From Candidatus Latescibacterota bacterium (GTDB lineage: Bacteria; Latescibacterota; UBA2968; GCA-2709665), in assembly GCA_965219995.1 (NCBI GenBank), contig CBDCOX010000002.1, forward strand, positions 1,376,001 through 1,440,000: a stretch of 64,000 nt of DNA, in the 5' to 3' direction. The translations under genes were made by a program, and so were the position numbers. This document shows positions 46,263 through 55,575 of the stretch, one piece after another. Position 1 is the first letter of the stretch; the number at the start of each line of letters is the position of its first letter. A model generated the notes under the pieces. It was not told the DNA's origin, did no database searches, and saw only the letters and a program-made list of their open reading frames with translations.

Positions 46263-48095
46263 ATGCCAGGGGGGAAGTTCGTGATGCGCGATTTCTTTCA
46301 ATTCCGCCGGTCCGGAACGAAACTGACGTTCATCACACTGGCCGCCTGCGTTCTGAACGGTGGCGCGCCATGTGCACAGGAGTCCCTCAGTCCCGAATCC
46401 GCGGAAGCGTACCTGACCGCCTTGCGGGACCTGGAAGGCCGGGTCATCGACGTCAACAAGGCCAACGGGGAGGATCTGACGGCACTGCCCTGGATCTCGC
46501 CGGAGGTGGCGCGTGGGGTGGTCGCCCATCGAAACCGGTTCGGTCCCTTTCGCCGCCTCGACGATCTTCTCAAGGTACCCGGCGTCACATCAGAGATCCT
46601 TGCGGCCGTCCGGCCCTACCTTTCGATATCTTCCCGGCGCGGTCCCCGCGTCCGGACGTCCCTCCGTTTCACACGCCCGTCGAACCGTGCCACCGCCTGG
46701 CCCAATCTGAGGATCTACCAGCGGACCGTGATCGCGGCGCGGCACGTGGAAGGAGTTCTGCTCACGGAGCGCGACCCCCTGGAGCGACGGCTCGCGGACT
46801 TTCTCACCGGGTACGTGCGTGTCGCCGCCGTACCGGGCGTACAGCGGCTGCTCGTCGGCGCCTTCCGGCCCGGATACGGGCAGGGGCTCCTTTTCAGCAG
46901 ACACAACCGATCGGCGACCGGCCTCGAGTGGGCCCGGCCGGTCAGCACGAGAAGCGTGGGATATCGCTCCTCGGTCGAAGACGGCGCGCTCCGGGGCGTG
47001 TTCGCGGAGGGCCGGGCGGGCAGGGTTACGTGGGCAGCCATGGGTACCCGGAACCGGTGGGATGCCGCCATCGACAGCGCGGGGGTTGCAACAATCCGTA
47101 CGGCGGACCTGCACGTCACGCAAACCGAGCGAGAACGCAGGGGCAGATTGCGGGAGGACCTTGCGGCCCTTCGCTCCCACGTCGAACTGCCGTTCGGCAG
47201 GATCGGCGCCACCCTCGTGCGGACCACGTTCTCACCCTCGCTTCAGCAGGTTCGACGCAGGCTTTCCGCGGGTATGGACTGGAGCCTGCACGGGAGCGGT
47301 CTGGACGTTTTCGGCGAGATCGCGGCTTCGGAAAGAAACGCCGTCGCCTGGCTGACCGGCGCACGCGCGGACTTCGACCGCCTCCGGCTGGTCATCCTCG
47401 CCCGCAGGTACCCGGCCGGATTCTCAAGCTTGCGCGGCCGCCCGTTCTCGGCGTACAGCGGCAGAAACGAGTGGGGTCTGTTCACCGGCGCCGTGTGGCG
47501 GCCGGGGCGGCGTACGCGGCTCCAGGCCACGCTGGACCGGCACGGCCGTGTCGCGCCCGAGGGCAGATACGCGCTGCCGGAACGGGGCGAGCGATTTTCG
47601 TTCGATCTGAGGCGTCGCCTGAAATACGCGACCCTTCGGATTACGATGGGCACTCGTCGTCAGACCGTGGCGACGTCAGGCATTACGGGCGTGCGGGTCC
47701 GGAGACGCGCCCGCCTTCGCGTCACGATCCCGCGGTCACCCGCACGCCTCAATCTCTGGCTGGAAGGCGCGGGCGCCCGGTCTCCGATCCGCGAGAGCGA
47801 CGGACGGGCGGCGGGCATGGACCTCCGGATCCAGCGCGGGACCCGACTCCGGGCCGACGCATGGCTGGCTCTGTTCGACGTGACCCACTTCGACTCCCGC
47901 ATCTATACCTTTGAGCCCGACGTATGGGGAGGCAGCCGCATGCAACTCCTGTCGGGCAGAGGCCGATCGGCCGGAATCCGGCTCACCTTCGCCGGATCGC
48001 GTGTTCGCGTTTCCGTACGCTACGCCGTTAAGGACACCCGCGACGGGGCTTCGAACACCTGGGCATCGCAGATCGAATTCGGAACCGGGAAATAA
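46263..48095 (+). CDS. ComEA-like helix-hairpin-helix protein with a C-terminal beta-barrel-like region
   Basis: IDVNKANGEDLTALPWI..HRNRFGPF..LLKVPGV; ERDPLE, GYGQGL, RIYTFEPDV. Confidence 0.75.
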   Translation: MPGGKFVMRDFFQFRRSGTKLTFITLAACVLNGGAPCAQESLSPESAEAYLTALRDLEGRVIDVNKANGEDLTALPWISPEVARGVVAHRNRFGPFRRLDDLLKVPGVTSEILAAVRPYLSISSRRGPRVRTSLRFTRPSNRATAWPNLRIYQRTVIAARHVEGVLLTERDPLERRLADFLTGYVRVAAVPGVQRLLVGAFRPGYGQGLLFSRHNRSATGLEWARPVSTRSVGYRSSVEDGALRGVFAEGRAGRVTWAAMGTRNRWDAAIDSAGVATIRTADLHVTQTERERRGRLREDLAALRSHVELPFGRIGATLVRTTFSPSLQQVRRRLSAGMDWSLHGSGLDVFGEIAASERNAVAWLTGARADFDRLRLVILARRYPAGFSSLRGRPFSAYSGRNEWGLFTGAVWRPGRRTRLQATLDRHGRVAPEGRYALPERGERFSFDLRRRLKYATLRITMGTRRQTVATSGITGVRVRRRARLRVTIPRSPARLNLWLEGAGARSPIRESDGRAAGMDLRIQRGTRLRADAWLALFDVTHFDSRIYTFEPDVWGGSRMQLLSGRGRSAGIRLTFAGSRVRVSVRYAVKDTRDGASNTWASQIEFGTGK

Positions 48096-48277
48096 GCCGG
48101 TTAGACGCTTTCCCGGTCGGAACACGTGCGGCATTTTTTCCTTTATCTGGTCCTGTCAATTAGGTATTATGCCCACACAGCGGTCGAGACGGGCATGCAG
48201 AATCTGGATCCAATTGCCGGCAGCGACATTTGTCCGTCCGCCGGCATTTTCTTTTCCTTCGAAACGGTCAGCGGGAC

Positions 48278-49318
48278 ATGATGGCGAAGAATCGAAACCA
48301 ATCCTGGATGTTCGGGGTCGTGCTGTGGGGGGTCTTGCTGACCGGATGCGGTCCCCGACTGCCCGAGTCTGTAGGACCCGCGCAGGAGATCCTGGTCCTG
48401 ATCGATCCGGCCGACCGGCAGGGTCTGGAACCGCACCTGAAAGAGATATTCGAAAGAATACTCTATACGCCTCAGGAAGAGAAGATATTCCGGCTGCAGT
48501 TCGAAGACGTGGCCAATATCGACAGGTTCGAGAACAAGAGGCGCAAGAACATCCTGGTTATCGCCGAACTGGACGCTCCCCACGCCACCGCGTCCTTCCT
48601 GAGAAGCATCCTGAGCCCGGACGTCCAGGACGCCGTGCGGGGGAACCGGTCCGCCGTTTTCTGGAAAGAGGACGTATGGGCGAAAGAGCAGTTGCTGATC
48701 GCGGTGTCGGGCGCGGACAACGCCGCACTGGTGGACAACCTCAGGATGGAAGCGGACCGGCTCTACGAGCGGATCGAAGCCGCGCGAAACGAACGGATTC
48801 GACGGTTGATCTATCGATACGGCGAACGGAAGGACGTCACCGGGCGCCTTGGGCGGGAATTCGGCTGGCAGGTGCGCGTGGCCTTCGGATACCGCATCCT
48901 GGAGGCCGATCCCGACAGCGGATTCGTGGTATTGACCAAAGAGGAACCCAACCGGTGGCTGTTCGTCTACTGGGAGGACGGTATTTCCCCCGACGACCTC
49001 TCGGAAGAGTGGTGCATCCAAAAACGGGACGACATTACGCGGAGGTTTTTCGATCAGGACCGGATCGTGGACGATCACCTGCAGATCGGCCAGGCCGAGT
49101 TCGGGGGAAGACTGGCGTTCGTTCTGCAAGGCCTGTGGGAAAACAAAAGAAAATGGGCCGGGGGCCCATTCAAGAGTTACGCGTTCGTGGACGTGGAAAC
49201 CAACCGGTTTTTCTACATCGACTGCGGGGTATATTCACCAAACAAGCGGAAGGAACCCTATCTTCGCCAGATCGACCTTATGGCAAGGACCTTCAAACAG
49301 GTGGAATCTACACCCTGA
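48278..49318 (+). CDS. DUF4837-family lipoprotein
   Basis: Lipobox LTGC, TPQEE, DVWAKEQ, GLWE..GGPF, YSPNKRK. Confidence 0.75.
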   Translation: MMAKNRNQSWMFGVVLWGVLLTGCGPRLPESVGPAQEILVLIDPADRQGLEPHLKEIFERILYTPQEEKIFRLQFEDVANIDRFENKRRKNILVIAELDAPHATASFLRSILSPDVQDAVRGNRSAVFWKEDVWAKEQLLIAVSGADNAALVDNLRMEADRLYERIEAARNERIRRLIYRYGERKDVTGRLGREFGWQVRVAFGYRILEADPDSGFVVLTKEEPNRWLFVYWEDGISPDDLSEEWCIQKRDDITRRFFDQDRIVDDHLQIGQAEFGGRLAFVLQGLWENKRKWAGGPFKSYAFVDVETNRFFYIDCGVYSPNKRKEPYLRQIDLMARTFKQVESTP

Positions 49319-49404
49319 ACCTTGCGTTTCGTTCGCGAAGAGGGTATAATTCGGATTGTTAATCGTCCGATGAAACAGCACGACGCCAGCGGAGCGGAGG
49401 ATCG

Positions 49405-50115
49405 ATGGGCCGGCAGAATCGATTTTCGGGTCTGGGAAAACGCGCACGGATGAGCTTTCGCGGTACGCTTATTACCGGGGTCGCGCTACTGGTGCCGGTC
49501 GTGGTCACGTTTATCGTCCTTCAGATCACCTTCCAGTGGATCGACGACCTTGCCCAGCCGCTCGTGAAGCGCATTTTCCAGACCGAAGACGATGTCTTCG
49601 GGTTGGGGTTGGCCCTGACGCTCATCCTGATCTGGCTGGCCGGCCTGCTGGCCGGCAACGTGTTCGGAAAACGCCTCATCGGCAAAGGAAACGATCTGAT
49701 TAAGCGGCTTCCCGTCATCGGCAGCATCTACGGTCCGGTAAGACAGTTTATGGAATCGGTCGTCTCACCGGATGAGGGCCGGGGTTTCAATCGGGTCGTA
49801 CTCGCTGAATATCCTTCCGACGGGCTCTGGATTCTGGGTTTCGCGACAGGGGATATCCCAATGGACGACGAGGGCAGGGTCGGCTGTTGCGTATTTATTC
49901 CGACGTCACCCAATCCCGCCACCGGCTGGACGGTGGTGTTTCCGCCCGAGAAGGTGCGGAAGGTCTCCCTCACCGTGGAAGAGGCAATGCAGATGATCGT
50001 CTCTGCCGGTGTCGTCATTCCGAACGCGCTGAAATCCTCGCCATCAGATACTCCGCCGGGTCCCCTTGCGAACCTCCGGCCGGTTGCGGACCCATCCCAC
50101 GGGGAACGTACGTAG
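49405..50115 (+). CDS. DUF502 membrane protein
   Basis: LPVIGSIY, VVLAEYP, VFIPTSPNPATG; upstream TTGCGT-17-TATAAT. Confidence 0.88.
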   Translation: MGRQNRFSGLGKRARMSFRGTLITGVALLVPVVVTFIVLQITFQWIDDLAQPLVKRIFQTEDDVFGLGLALTLILIWLAGLLAGNVFGKRLIGKGNDLIKRLPVIGSIYGPVRQFMESVVSPDEGRGFNRVVLAEYPSDGLWILGFATGDIPMDDEGRVGCCVFIPTSPNPATGWTVVFPPEKVRKVSLTVEEAMQMIVSAGVVIPNALKSSPSDTPPGPLANLRPVADPSHGERT

Positions 50116-50145
50116 ATACCCGGCGCCCGGATCCCCACGGGTTCG

Positions 50146-50550
50146 TCAGGTCTCGAAATCGTCCACGTCCTCGAATTCTTCCAGCTCGTCGACGCCTTCC
50201 CGGATCAGCGCCAGTATGGAGTTATGCGGAATAATCAGGTATTTCTCACCTTCGAACTTGATCTCCATCGCCACTTTTTTCATGAAAAGGGCATAGTCGC
50301 CAACCTGGGCCTGCATGGGAAGGTACTTCGGTTCGTCGGGTACGCTCCGCCATGGCTCGTCGTCGACGTCGTGGGGCTGCGGCAGCGGCATCCCCGGGCC
50401 CGTCAGCATGATCCGGCCGCCCTGGACCTCTTCCTTTTCTATCACCGTCTGCGGCAGGTAGAGTCCCACCTCGGTACGTTCCTGGAGTTCCTCCTGCTTA
50501 ACCAGGACCCGATCCCCCACAATAATCAGTTCCTTGTTTCCTATCTTCAT
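50146..50550 (-). CDS. GroES-family co-chaperone (stand-alone)
   Basis: VGDRVLVK..TEVGLYLP..GPG..VGDYALF..KYLII; GAGGA RBS before MKIG. Confidence 0.85.
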   Translation of the reverse strand: MKIGNKELIIVGDRVLVKQEELQERTEVGLYLPQTVIEKEEVQGGRIMLTGPGMPLPQPHDVDDEPWRSVPDEPKYLPMQAQVGDYALFMKKVAMEIKFEGEKYLIIPHNSILALIREGVDELEEFEDVDDFET

Positions 50551-50583
50551 TGGACAGTCCTCTTGGATTCGGTCTTGAATGAG

Positions 50584-50669
50584 TGCCGGAGGCCGGACTC
50601 GAACCGGCACGGGCTGATCGGCCCGGGGGATTTTAAGTCCCCTATGTCTACCAATTCCATCACTCCGGC
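50584..50669 (-). tRNA. tRNA-Leu(TAA)
   Basis: GCCGGAG acceptor, GGGGA-CTTAAAA-TCCCC anticodon arm, long variable arm, GTTCGAGTC; no encoded CCA. Confidence 0.95.
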
Positions 50670-50679
50670 ACCGGATTCG

Positions 50680-50708
50680 AAAATAGCGAACCGCCCGAAT
50701 ATTGTCAA
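50680..50708 (-). promoter_or_regulatory. Promoter of tRNA-Leu
   Basis: TTGACA-17bp-TATTTT. Confidence 0.65.
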
Positions 50709-50787
50709 GCGGGATCAACCGTTTATCCTACTTCCCAAAAAAACAACGACTAATCTCTAGCAGACAGTCGTGTCGCCACCATTCTAA

Positions 50788-50862
50788 TGGAGGCGGCGGG
50801 CGGATTCGAACCGCCGAATAGGGGCTTTGCAGGCCCTTGCCTTACCACTTGGCCACGCCGCC
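50788..50862 (-). tRNA. tRNA-Cys(GCA)
   Basis: GGCGGCG acceptor, CTGCAAA loop, GTTCGAATC, U discriminator plus CCA. Confidence 0.95.
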
Positions 50863-50877
50863 TCGCGTTATGATCTG

Positions 50878-50906
50878 AAAATACAATACCTGCCAGCGGT
50901 TGTCAA
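50878..50906 (-). promoter_or_regulatory. Promoter of tRNA-Cys
   Basis: TTGACA-17bp-(TG)TATTTT. Confidence 0.65.
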
Positions 50907-50941
50907 GCCCCGCGCACTGGATTGCGGGATTTCAGGTCCGG

Positions 50942-51586
50942 TCAACGGCTTGCCCACAGCATCCCCCGCCTCTGTATTTCCCTCGCCTCCGGCACGTCGA
51001 AGTCCCGGGCAACGTGTCCCAGCGACGAGTAGAACACCCGTCCCTCGCCCCACATCCGCTTCCAGACGACCGGCATGACGCACCCGTTCACCCAGGGCGC
51101 CACGGTCGTCTGAAACGTCGTCGTCGCCAGCACGTGGTTGGACGGATCCACGTGCATGTAATATTGCTCCGAATGCATCCTGAAGTCCTGAATGCCGCGG
51201 GTGACCGGATCTTCGTGTTCCACAACGTTCACTTCGTAGTCGATAACCCCTCCGGGATGCGCCACCCACTGACCGCCAACCATGAACTGGTATTCGGTAT
51301 TCTCCCGGAACGCGTCGGCCATTCCTCCGTGCCAGCCGGCAATGCCCACGCCGCTCCTCACGGCTTCCAACAGACCCTTCTCCTGCTCCCGTTCGATGGC
51401 GCCCATCGTCCAGATGGGCACGACGAGACTCAGTTCGGACATCCGATCGGCATCCAGATACGCGTCCATCGACTCCGATAGCGTCACGTCGAAGCCTTCG
51501 TTGGCGAGGATTGGCGCGAAGATATCCACGCATTTTCCGGGCTCGTGCCCCTCCCAGCCGCCATAAACTATCAACGCTTTCTTCAT
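50942..51586 (-). CDS. ThuA-like (trehalose utilisation) domain protein
   Basis: [36 protein letters not shown]. Confidence 0.88.
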   Translation of the reverse strand: MKKALIVYGGWEGHEPGKCVDIFAPILANEGFDVTLSESMDAYLDADRMSELSLVVPIWTMGAIEREQEKGLLEAVRSGVGIAGWHGGMADAFRENTEYQFMVGGQWVAHPGGVIDYEVNVVEHEDPVTRGIQDFRMHSEQYYMHVDPSNHVLATTTFQTTVAPWVNGCVMPVVWKRMWGEGRVFYSSLGHVARDFDVPEAREIQRRGMLWASR

Positions 51587-51697
51587 CGTACGCCTCTCGT
51601 TGAAGCTTTGTTGTCAATCGTGCACGAATCTTCCGGACGAATGGCTGAGCGGGCACGGCCGCCGGGTCGTCGATCTGCTCCGTGTCAGATCGTCCGA

Positions 51698-52930
51698 TCA
51701 AGCCCAGCCGCGAACCATATACGTTTGCAGCGTGCCGCTTTCGTCTGAATTGAAAAACCCCGAACTTCCATCCGGCGCCAGGAAAGGATGAATATGGGTG
51801 TCCTTTCGCCAGGAGGACCCGGGGTTCGCAACCCTTCTTGCGTTCGACAACGCGCCATCATCCGCCCCGGGAAGATCGAACAGCCAGACGGCGCCGCCGC
51901 CGTCTCGCGGACCGGAGTCGGTGATCAGGCGCCTGCCCGCAACATCGGTGGCGAAGTGATAGAAATCCGGCTCATTGACAGAACGGGAAAGGTCGTTCCG
52001 CCATCCGCCGGATGTCCGATTGCCGAAATGGCCGACGTGGGCCGCCGCGCGACCGGAAATGAGCTGCCGTTCGTCCGGTTCGCGTGTGGACGTGCTGGTG
52101 ATCGCAACGTCGGACTGCCCGTGCCAGCACTGGTGTCCCTGGCAGAATTCGTTCCCGTCCCGCCCCCAGGGAAAGTCCCGCAGCGACGACCCATCGTCAC
52201 GGATCACGTGAATGTCGGCGCCCCGTCCGCTCGTGAGCTTCTCGATCCTGCCGTCGGGCGATGCGACGTTGCCGTGGTTCTCCTGAATCATAATGTCGTG
52301 CGAGGCGTCCGCATCGGTCTGCCGCGTGTACTGCGGGTGAATATTGCACCAGGTCGGTCCTTGAAAAACCAGCCGCACCGATGGATCGTCAATCTCGAAG
52401 ACGAGCAGGCCCCAGGGCGCGCCATCGGTCTCGCCGTCGCCCAGGAATCCCGAAATGGCGATTCGCCTGCCGTCGGATGAAATGGTCGACAGCGGATAGG
52501 GACGGCTGAGCCGGAAATTCGTGCCGGGAACGGGGTGGTCCAGGACGTAGACCACCTCGCGGTCCGCCCCGTCCATCCCGACGCGCTTCAGCGCGAGCGG
52601 CCCCGGTTTCGCCGGATCGGTTTCATCCACGAAATAGTAGAGCCACTTCCCGTCGGGCGAGATGGACGGCGCCGTCGTCCCCACTTCCGTCGTTATGGGC
52701 GTCAGACGGCAGTGGTCTTCCAGGTCGCAGACCAGATATCTGTGTTCGGAGTCACGGGGATCGGAACCGTGCGGATGCGCGGAGCGGTGGAGCACCAACC
52801 GCCGCGAATCCGGCGTGAATATCTGCGCCTCCATATAGACATGCGACGACGGGACCGATTCATCCGTGAGCTGGATGACCTCCAGGTTGTCCTTCTCGGC
52901 CGCGGGAACAAGGTCGGGGCGGATTTTCAA
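51698..52930 (-). CDS. Oligogalacturonate lyase-like beta-propeller protein
   Basis: QLT..HVYME..FTPDS, HPQY, GHQCW, HIHP..PDG..FNSD. Confidence 0.7.
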   Translation of the reverse strand: MKIRPDLVPAAEKDNLEVIQLTDESVPSSHVYMEAQIFTPDSRRLVLHRSAHPHGSDPRDSEHRYLVCDLEDHCRLTPITTEVGTTAPSISPDGKWLYYFVDETDPAKPGPLALKRVGMDGADREVVYVLDHPVPGTNFRLSRPYPLSTISSDGRRIAISGFLGDGETDGAPWGLLVFEIDDPSVRLVFQGPTWCNIHPQYTRQTDADASHDIMIQENHGNVASPDGRIEKLTSGRGADIHVIRDDGSSLRDFPWGRDGNEFCQGHQCWHGQSDVAITSTSTREPDERQLISGRAAAHVGHFGNRTSGGWRNDLSRSVNEPDFYHFATDVAGRRLITDSGPRDGGGAVWLFDLPGADDGALSNARRVANPGSSWRKDTHIHPFLAPDGSSGFFNSDESGTLQTYMVRGWA

Positions 52931-53043
52931 TTGGCGGTTCCTCCGTGAAAGCCACGCCGAAAGTGTATTCTTATGCCGGCTTGGGGCGTATATTACGGCG
53001 CTCGACGATCAATGATTGCAGGTTTCCAGGAGAGGACGTACCG

Positions 53044-53421
53044 ATGAAGAAACGACCGTTCACGAGTTCGAAAGGCAACATCCCCAAATTCCCGTATTCT
53101 CAGGCCGTCATATACGGCGACCTGATATTCATCTCCGCGCAGCCGCCGGTGGATCCGGAAACGGGGGACGTGGAGTCCGGCGACGTAAAGGCCCAGACCC
53201 GTCGTGTGCTCACCAACGTTTCCGGCATCCTGGAAGACGCGGGCACCTCGCTGGACAACGTGCTCAAGGTCACCGTCTTCCTGAAAGACCGGTCGCTGTT
53301 TTCCGATTTCAACGACGCCTATGCCGGTATCTTCCCGGAAAACCCGCCGGCGCGTTCACCGGTCTTCACCGACACCGGCGACTATCTCGTGACCATGGAT
53401 TTTATCGCGGGCATGGCTTGA
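53044..53421 (+). CDS. RidA/YjgF family protein
   Basis: PYSQA, QTRRVLTN, VLKVTVFL, FNDAY, PPARS. Confidence 0.9.
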   Translation: MKKRPFTSSKGNIPKFPYSQAVIYGDLIFISAQPPVDPETGDVESGDVKAQTRRVLTNVSGILEDAGTSLDNVLKVTVFLKDRSLFSDFNDAYAGIFPENPPARSPVFTDTGDYLVTMDFIAGMA

Positions 53422-53450
53422 GACCGCAGGCATGACGACCGGCCATCGGC

Positions 53451-54470
53451 TCAGGCTTCATCGTCCGATCCGTCCCGCCGCTTGAGCGCGAGGCGTGCGC
53501 CCAGACGCAGCGTTTCGAGCATATTGGCTTCGTCCGCGACGCCCTGTCCCGCAATATCGAACGCCGTGCCGTGGTCCACGGACACCCGGACGACAGGCAG
53601 ACCCAGCGTCACGTTGACCGCGTCGTGAAACGCCACCAGCTTGACCGGCGCGTGGCCCTGGTCGTGGTACATGGCCACGACGCCATCGAAACCGCCGTTG
53701 TACGCCTTCAGAAAAACCGTATCCGCGGGCAACGGCCCCACAGCGCGCATCCCCCCGGCCATCGCCTTCTGAACGGCCGGCCGGATCAATTCAGCATCCT
53801 CCCGCCCCAGGACTCCCGCCTCTCCGGCGTGCGGATTCAGGCCGCACACGGCAATGCGGGGATCCGGCCTGTCCATTTCTTCCAGGGCGCCGTGCAGCAG
53901 TCTGATCGTGTCGAAGACGCGCGTTTCCGTCACCTGTACCGGTACACGGCACAGCTCCAAGTGACCCGTGACGTGGGCCACGTTCAGGCGTTCGGACGCC
54001 AGCATCAATCGGACGCCCGAAACGCCGAGGCGATCCGCCAGCAGTTCCGTATGACCCGCGTACCTGAACCCGGCCCGGTTCATCGCCTCCTTGTTCAGCG
54101 GCGCCGTTACGATCCCGTCGATCCGCCCCGCCGCGGCCAGGTCCACGGCCCGGACGACCCACTCCACGGCCGCCCGGCCCGCCTCCGGACAGACCCTGCC
54201 CGTCTCAACCCGCGAATGATCCAGTTCGACCGGCGCCCACAGATCGATCTGTCCGAAGCGGTATCGGCCCTGTTCGGGCACGTCTATCGCCCGGACCTCG
54301 AGCGTGCACGCAGAATGCGCGAGGTTTGCCGCGAGAACATCCGGGTCGCCGACCACCACCGGCCTGCAGAACGCATAGACCTCCGGGTGACTCAATGCCT
54401 TCACGATCACCTCCGGGCCGACACCGCAGACGTCTCCCATCGTGATCCCCAGCAATGGACGCGGTGTCAT
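53451..54470 (-). CDS. pdxA: 4-hydroxythreonine-4-phosphate dehydrogenase PdxA family
   Basis: ITMGDVCGVGPE, TAPLNK, GHTE, LNPHAGE, MYHDQG, VDHGTAFDIAG. Confidence 0.92.
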   Translation of the reverse strand: MTPRPLLGITMGDVCGVGPEVIVKALSHPEVYAFCRPVVVGDPDVLAANLAHSACTLEVRAIDVPEQGRYRFGQIDLWAPVELDHSRVETGRVCPEAGRAAVEWVVRAVDLAAAGRIDGIVTAPLNKEAMNRAGFRYAGHTELLADRLGVSGVRLMLASERLNVAHVTGHLELCRVPVQVTETRVFDTIRLLHGALEEMDRPDPRIAVCGLNPHAGEAGVLGREDAELIRPAVQKAMAGGMRAVGPLPADTVFLKAYNGGFDGVVAMYHDQGHAPVKLVAFHDAVNVTLGLPVVRVSVDHGTAFDIAGQGVADEANMLETLRLGARLALKRRDGSDDEA

Positions 54471-54517
54471 CGTACCACCCTTCGGTGTTCCCACCCGGTT
54501 TCGACCCGCCGAGGCGC

Positions 54518-55381
54518 CTATCCTTTTTCAGGTCCCGACGTCGCATAGACGTGCCGCGGACGGCCGCTGAAGGGTTCTCCGCCCAGGTACATCCGCGTGA
54601 ATCCGCGCTGCACGGAAAACCCGAACTCCTCGGCCAACGCCGTACCGTCCGGATTGACGAGCGGCACGTCGAAGAAAACCGGTTCGCCGGCCAGCCGGTC
54701 CAGCGCCCAGCAGAACAGCGCCCTGCCCGCCCGCTCGTGTGCCGCCACCAGCGGCCCGATCTGAAACGCGTTGCTGCCCGGCCTGACGATTACGTAGCCC
54801 TCGACCGCGCGCCCGTTCCCGGGGAAAACGCTGCATAGGCCCCCTGAATCCCGATACAGATGCCTGAGGAGGCCGTCCCGGCAGATGCCATAGAAGGGGG
54901 TGTCAAAGGCAATCACGTCTGCCAGGTCCGCGCCGCGCATCGCCCGCACCGACGTCCACCGGCACGCCTGTCCGACTCCTTCCCGCCGCTCCAGCGCGTA
55001 CTCGTCCCGGAACCCGAGCGGCACGTACACGTTCCGGCCCATCGGCGTCGCGTCCAGTTTGATCGTGTCCACGCCACTGGTCTGGAGGTGCGCAATCCCG
55101 TGACGCAACATCGCGCTGCCGATTCCCTGACGCCGCCGCGCCGGCGGGACCAGCACCATCGCCACCCAGCCGCAGACCCCGCCGAACGTCACCGTCACGA
55201 CCGTACCGGCTGGCTCGCTCCCGATCTCGGCGACAAAACAACCGTCGGGAGAAAGCGACAGAAAGCGCCGCCAGTCCTGTTCGACCTGGTTCCAGCCGGC
55301 CAGTGACTTGAACCGCATGCCGGTCGCGACGTCCGCCGCTGTCATCGGCCGAATATGCAGCCGGTCTTCTATATTGGACAC
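54518..55381 (-). CDS. Tandem GNAT acetyltransferase (YitH-like)
   Basis: GWNQ, RRQGIG, LDATPMGRNVY, IGPLVA, TRMY, GPEKG. Confidence 0.85.
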   Translation of the reverse strand: MSNIEDRLHIRPMTAADVATGMRFKSLAGWNQVEQDWRRFLSLSPDGCFVAEIGSEPAGTVVTVTFGGVCGWVAMVLVPPARRRQGIGSAMLRHGIAHLQTSGVDTIKLDATPMGRNVYVPLGFRDEYALERREGVGQACRWTSVRAMRGADLADVIAFDTPFYGICRDGLLRHLYRDSGGLCSVFPGNGRAVEGYVIVRPGSNAFQIGPLVAAHERAGRALFCWALDRLAGEPVFFDVPLVNPDGTALAEEFGFSVQRGFTRMYLGGEPFSGRPRHVYATSGPEKG

Positions 55382-55575
55382 TCACCCTCCGACGGACCGC
55401 CGCACGCGAAAGAAAACGCGAGAAACACGGGCTGTTCACCCGTTGACACAACGGCCCAAACACTCCATATTATCGCCACCTCAGGTCCAGCGCGCAACAA
55501 CCAGGCGTCGTTTCCGGACGTCAACCGCTGGGCCCCCATCCATGCAATCCCGCGCACGCGCGGCCCCCGCACTCT

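Noticed and set aside
50551-50718. N-terminal extension of the GroES ORF in the track
   Set aside because: It runs through tRNA-Leu; the real start is ATG 50550 with a GAGGA RBS
50584-50862. tRNA genes as integration sites
   Set aside because: No duplicated tRNA 3' end or integrase seen; flanking genes look like core genes
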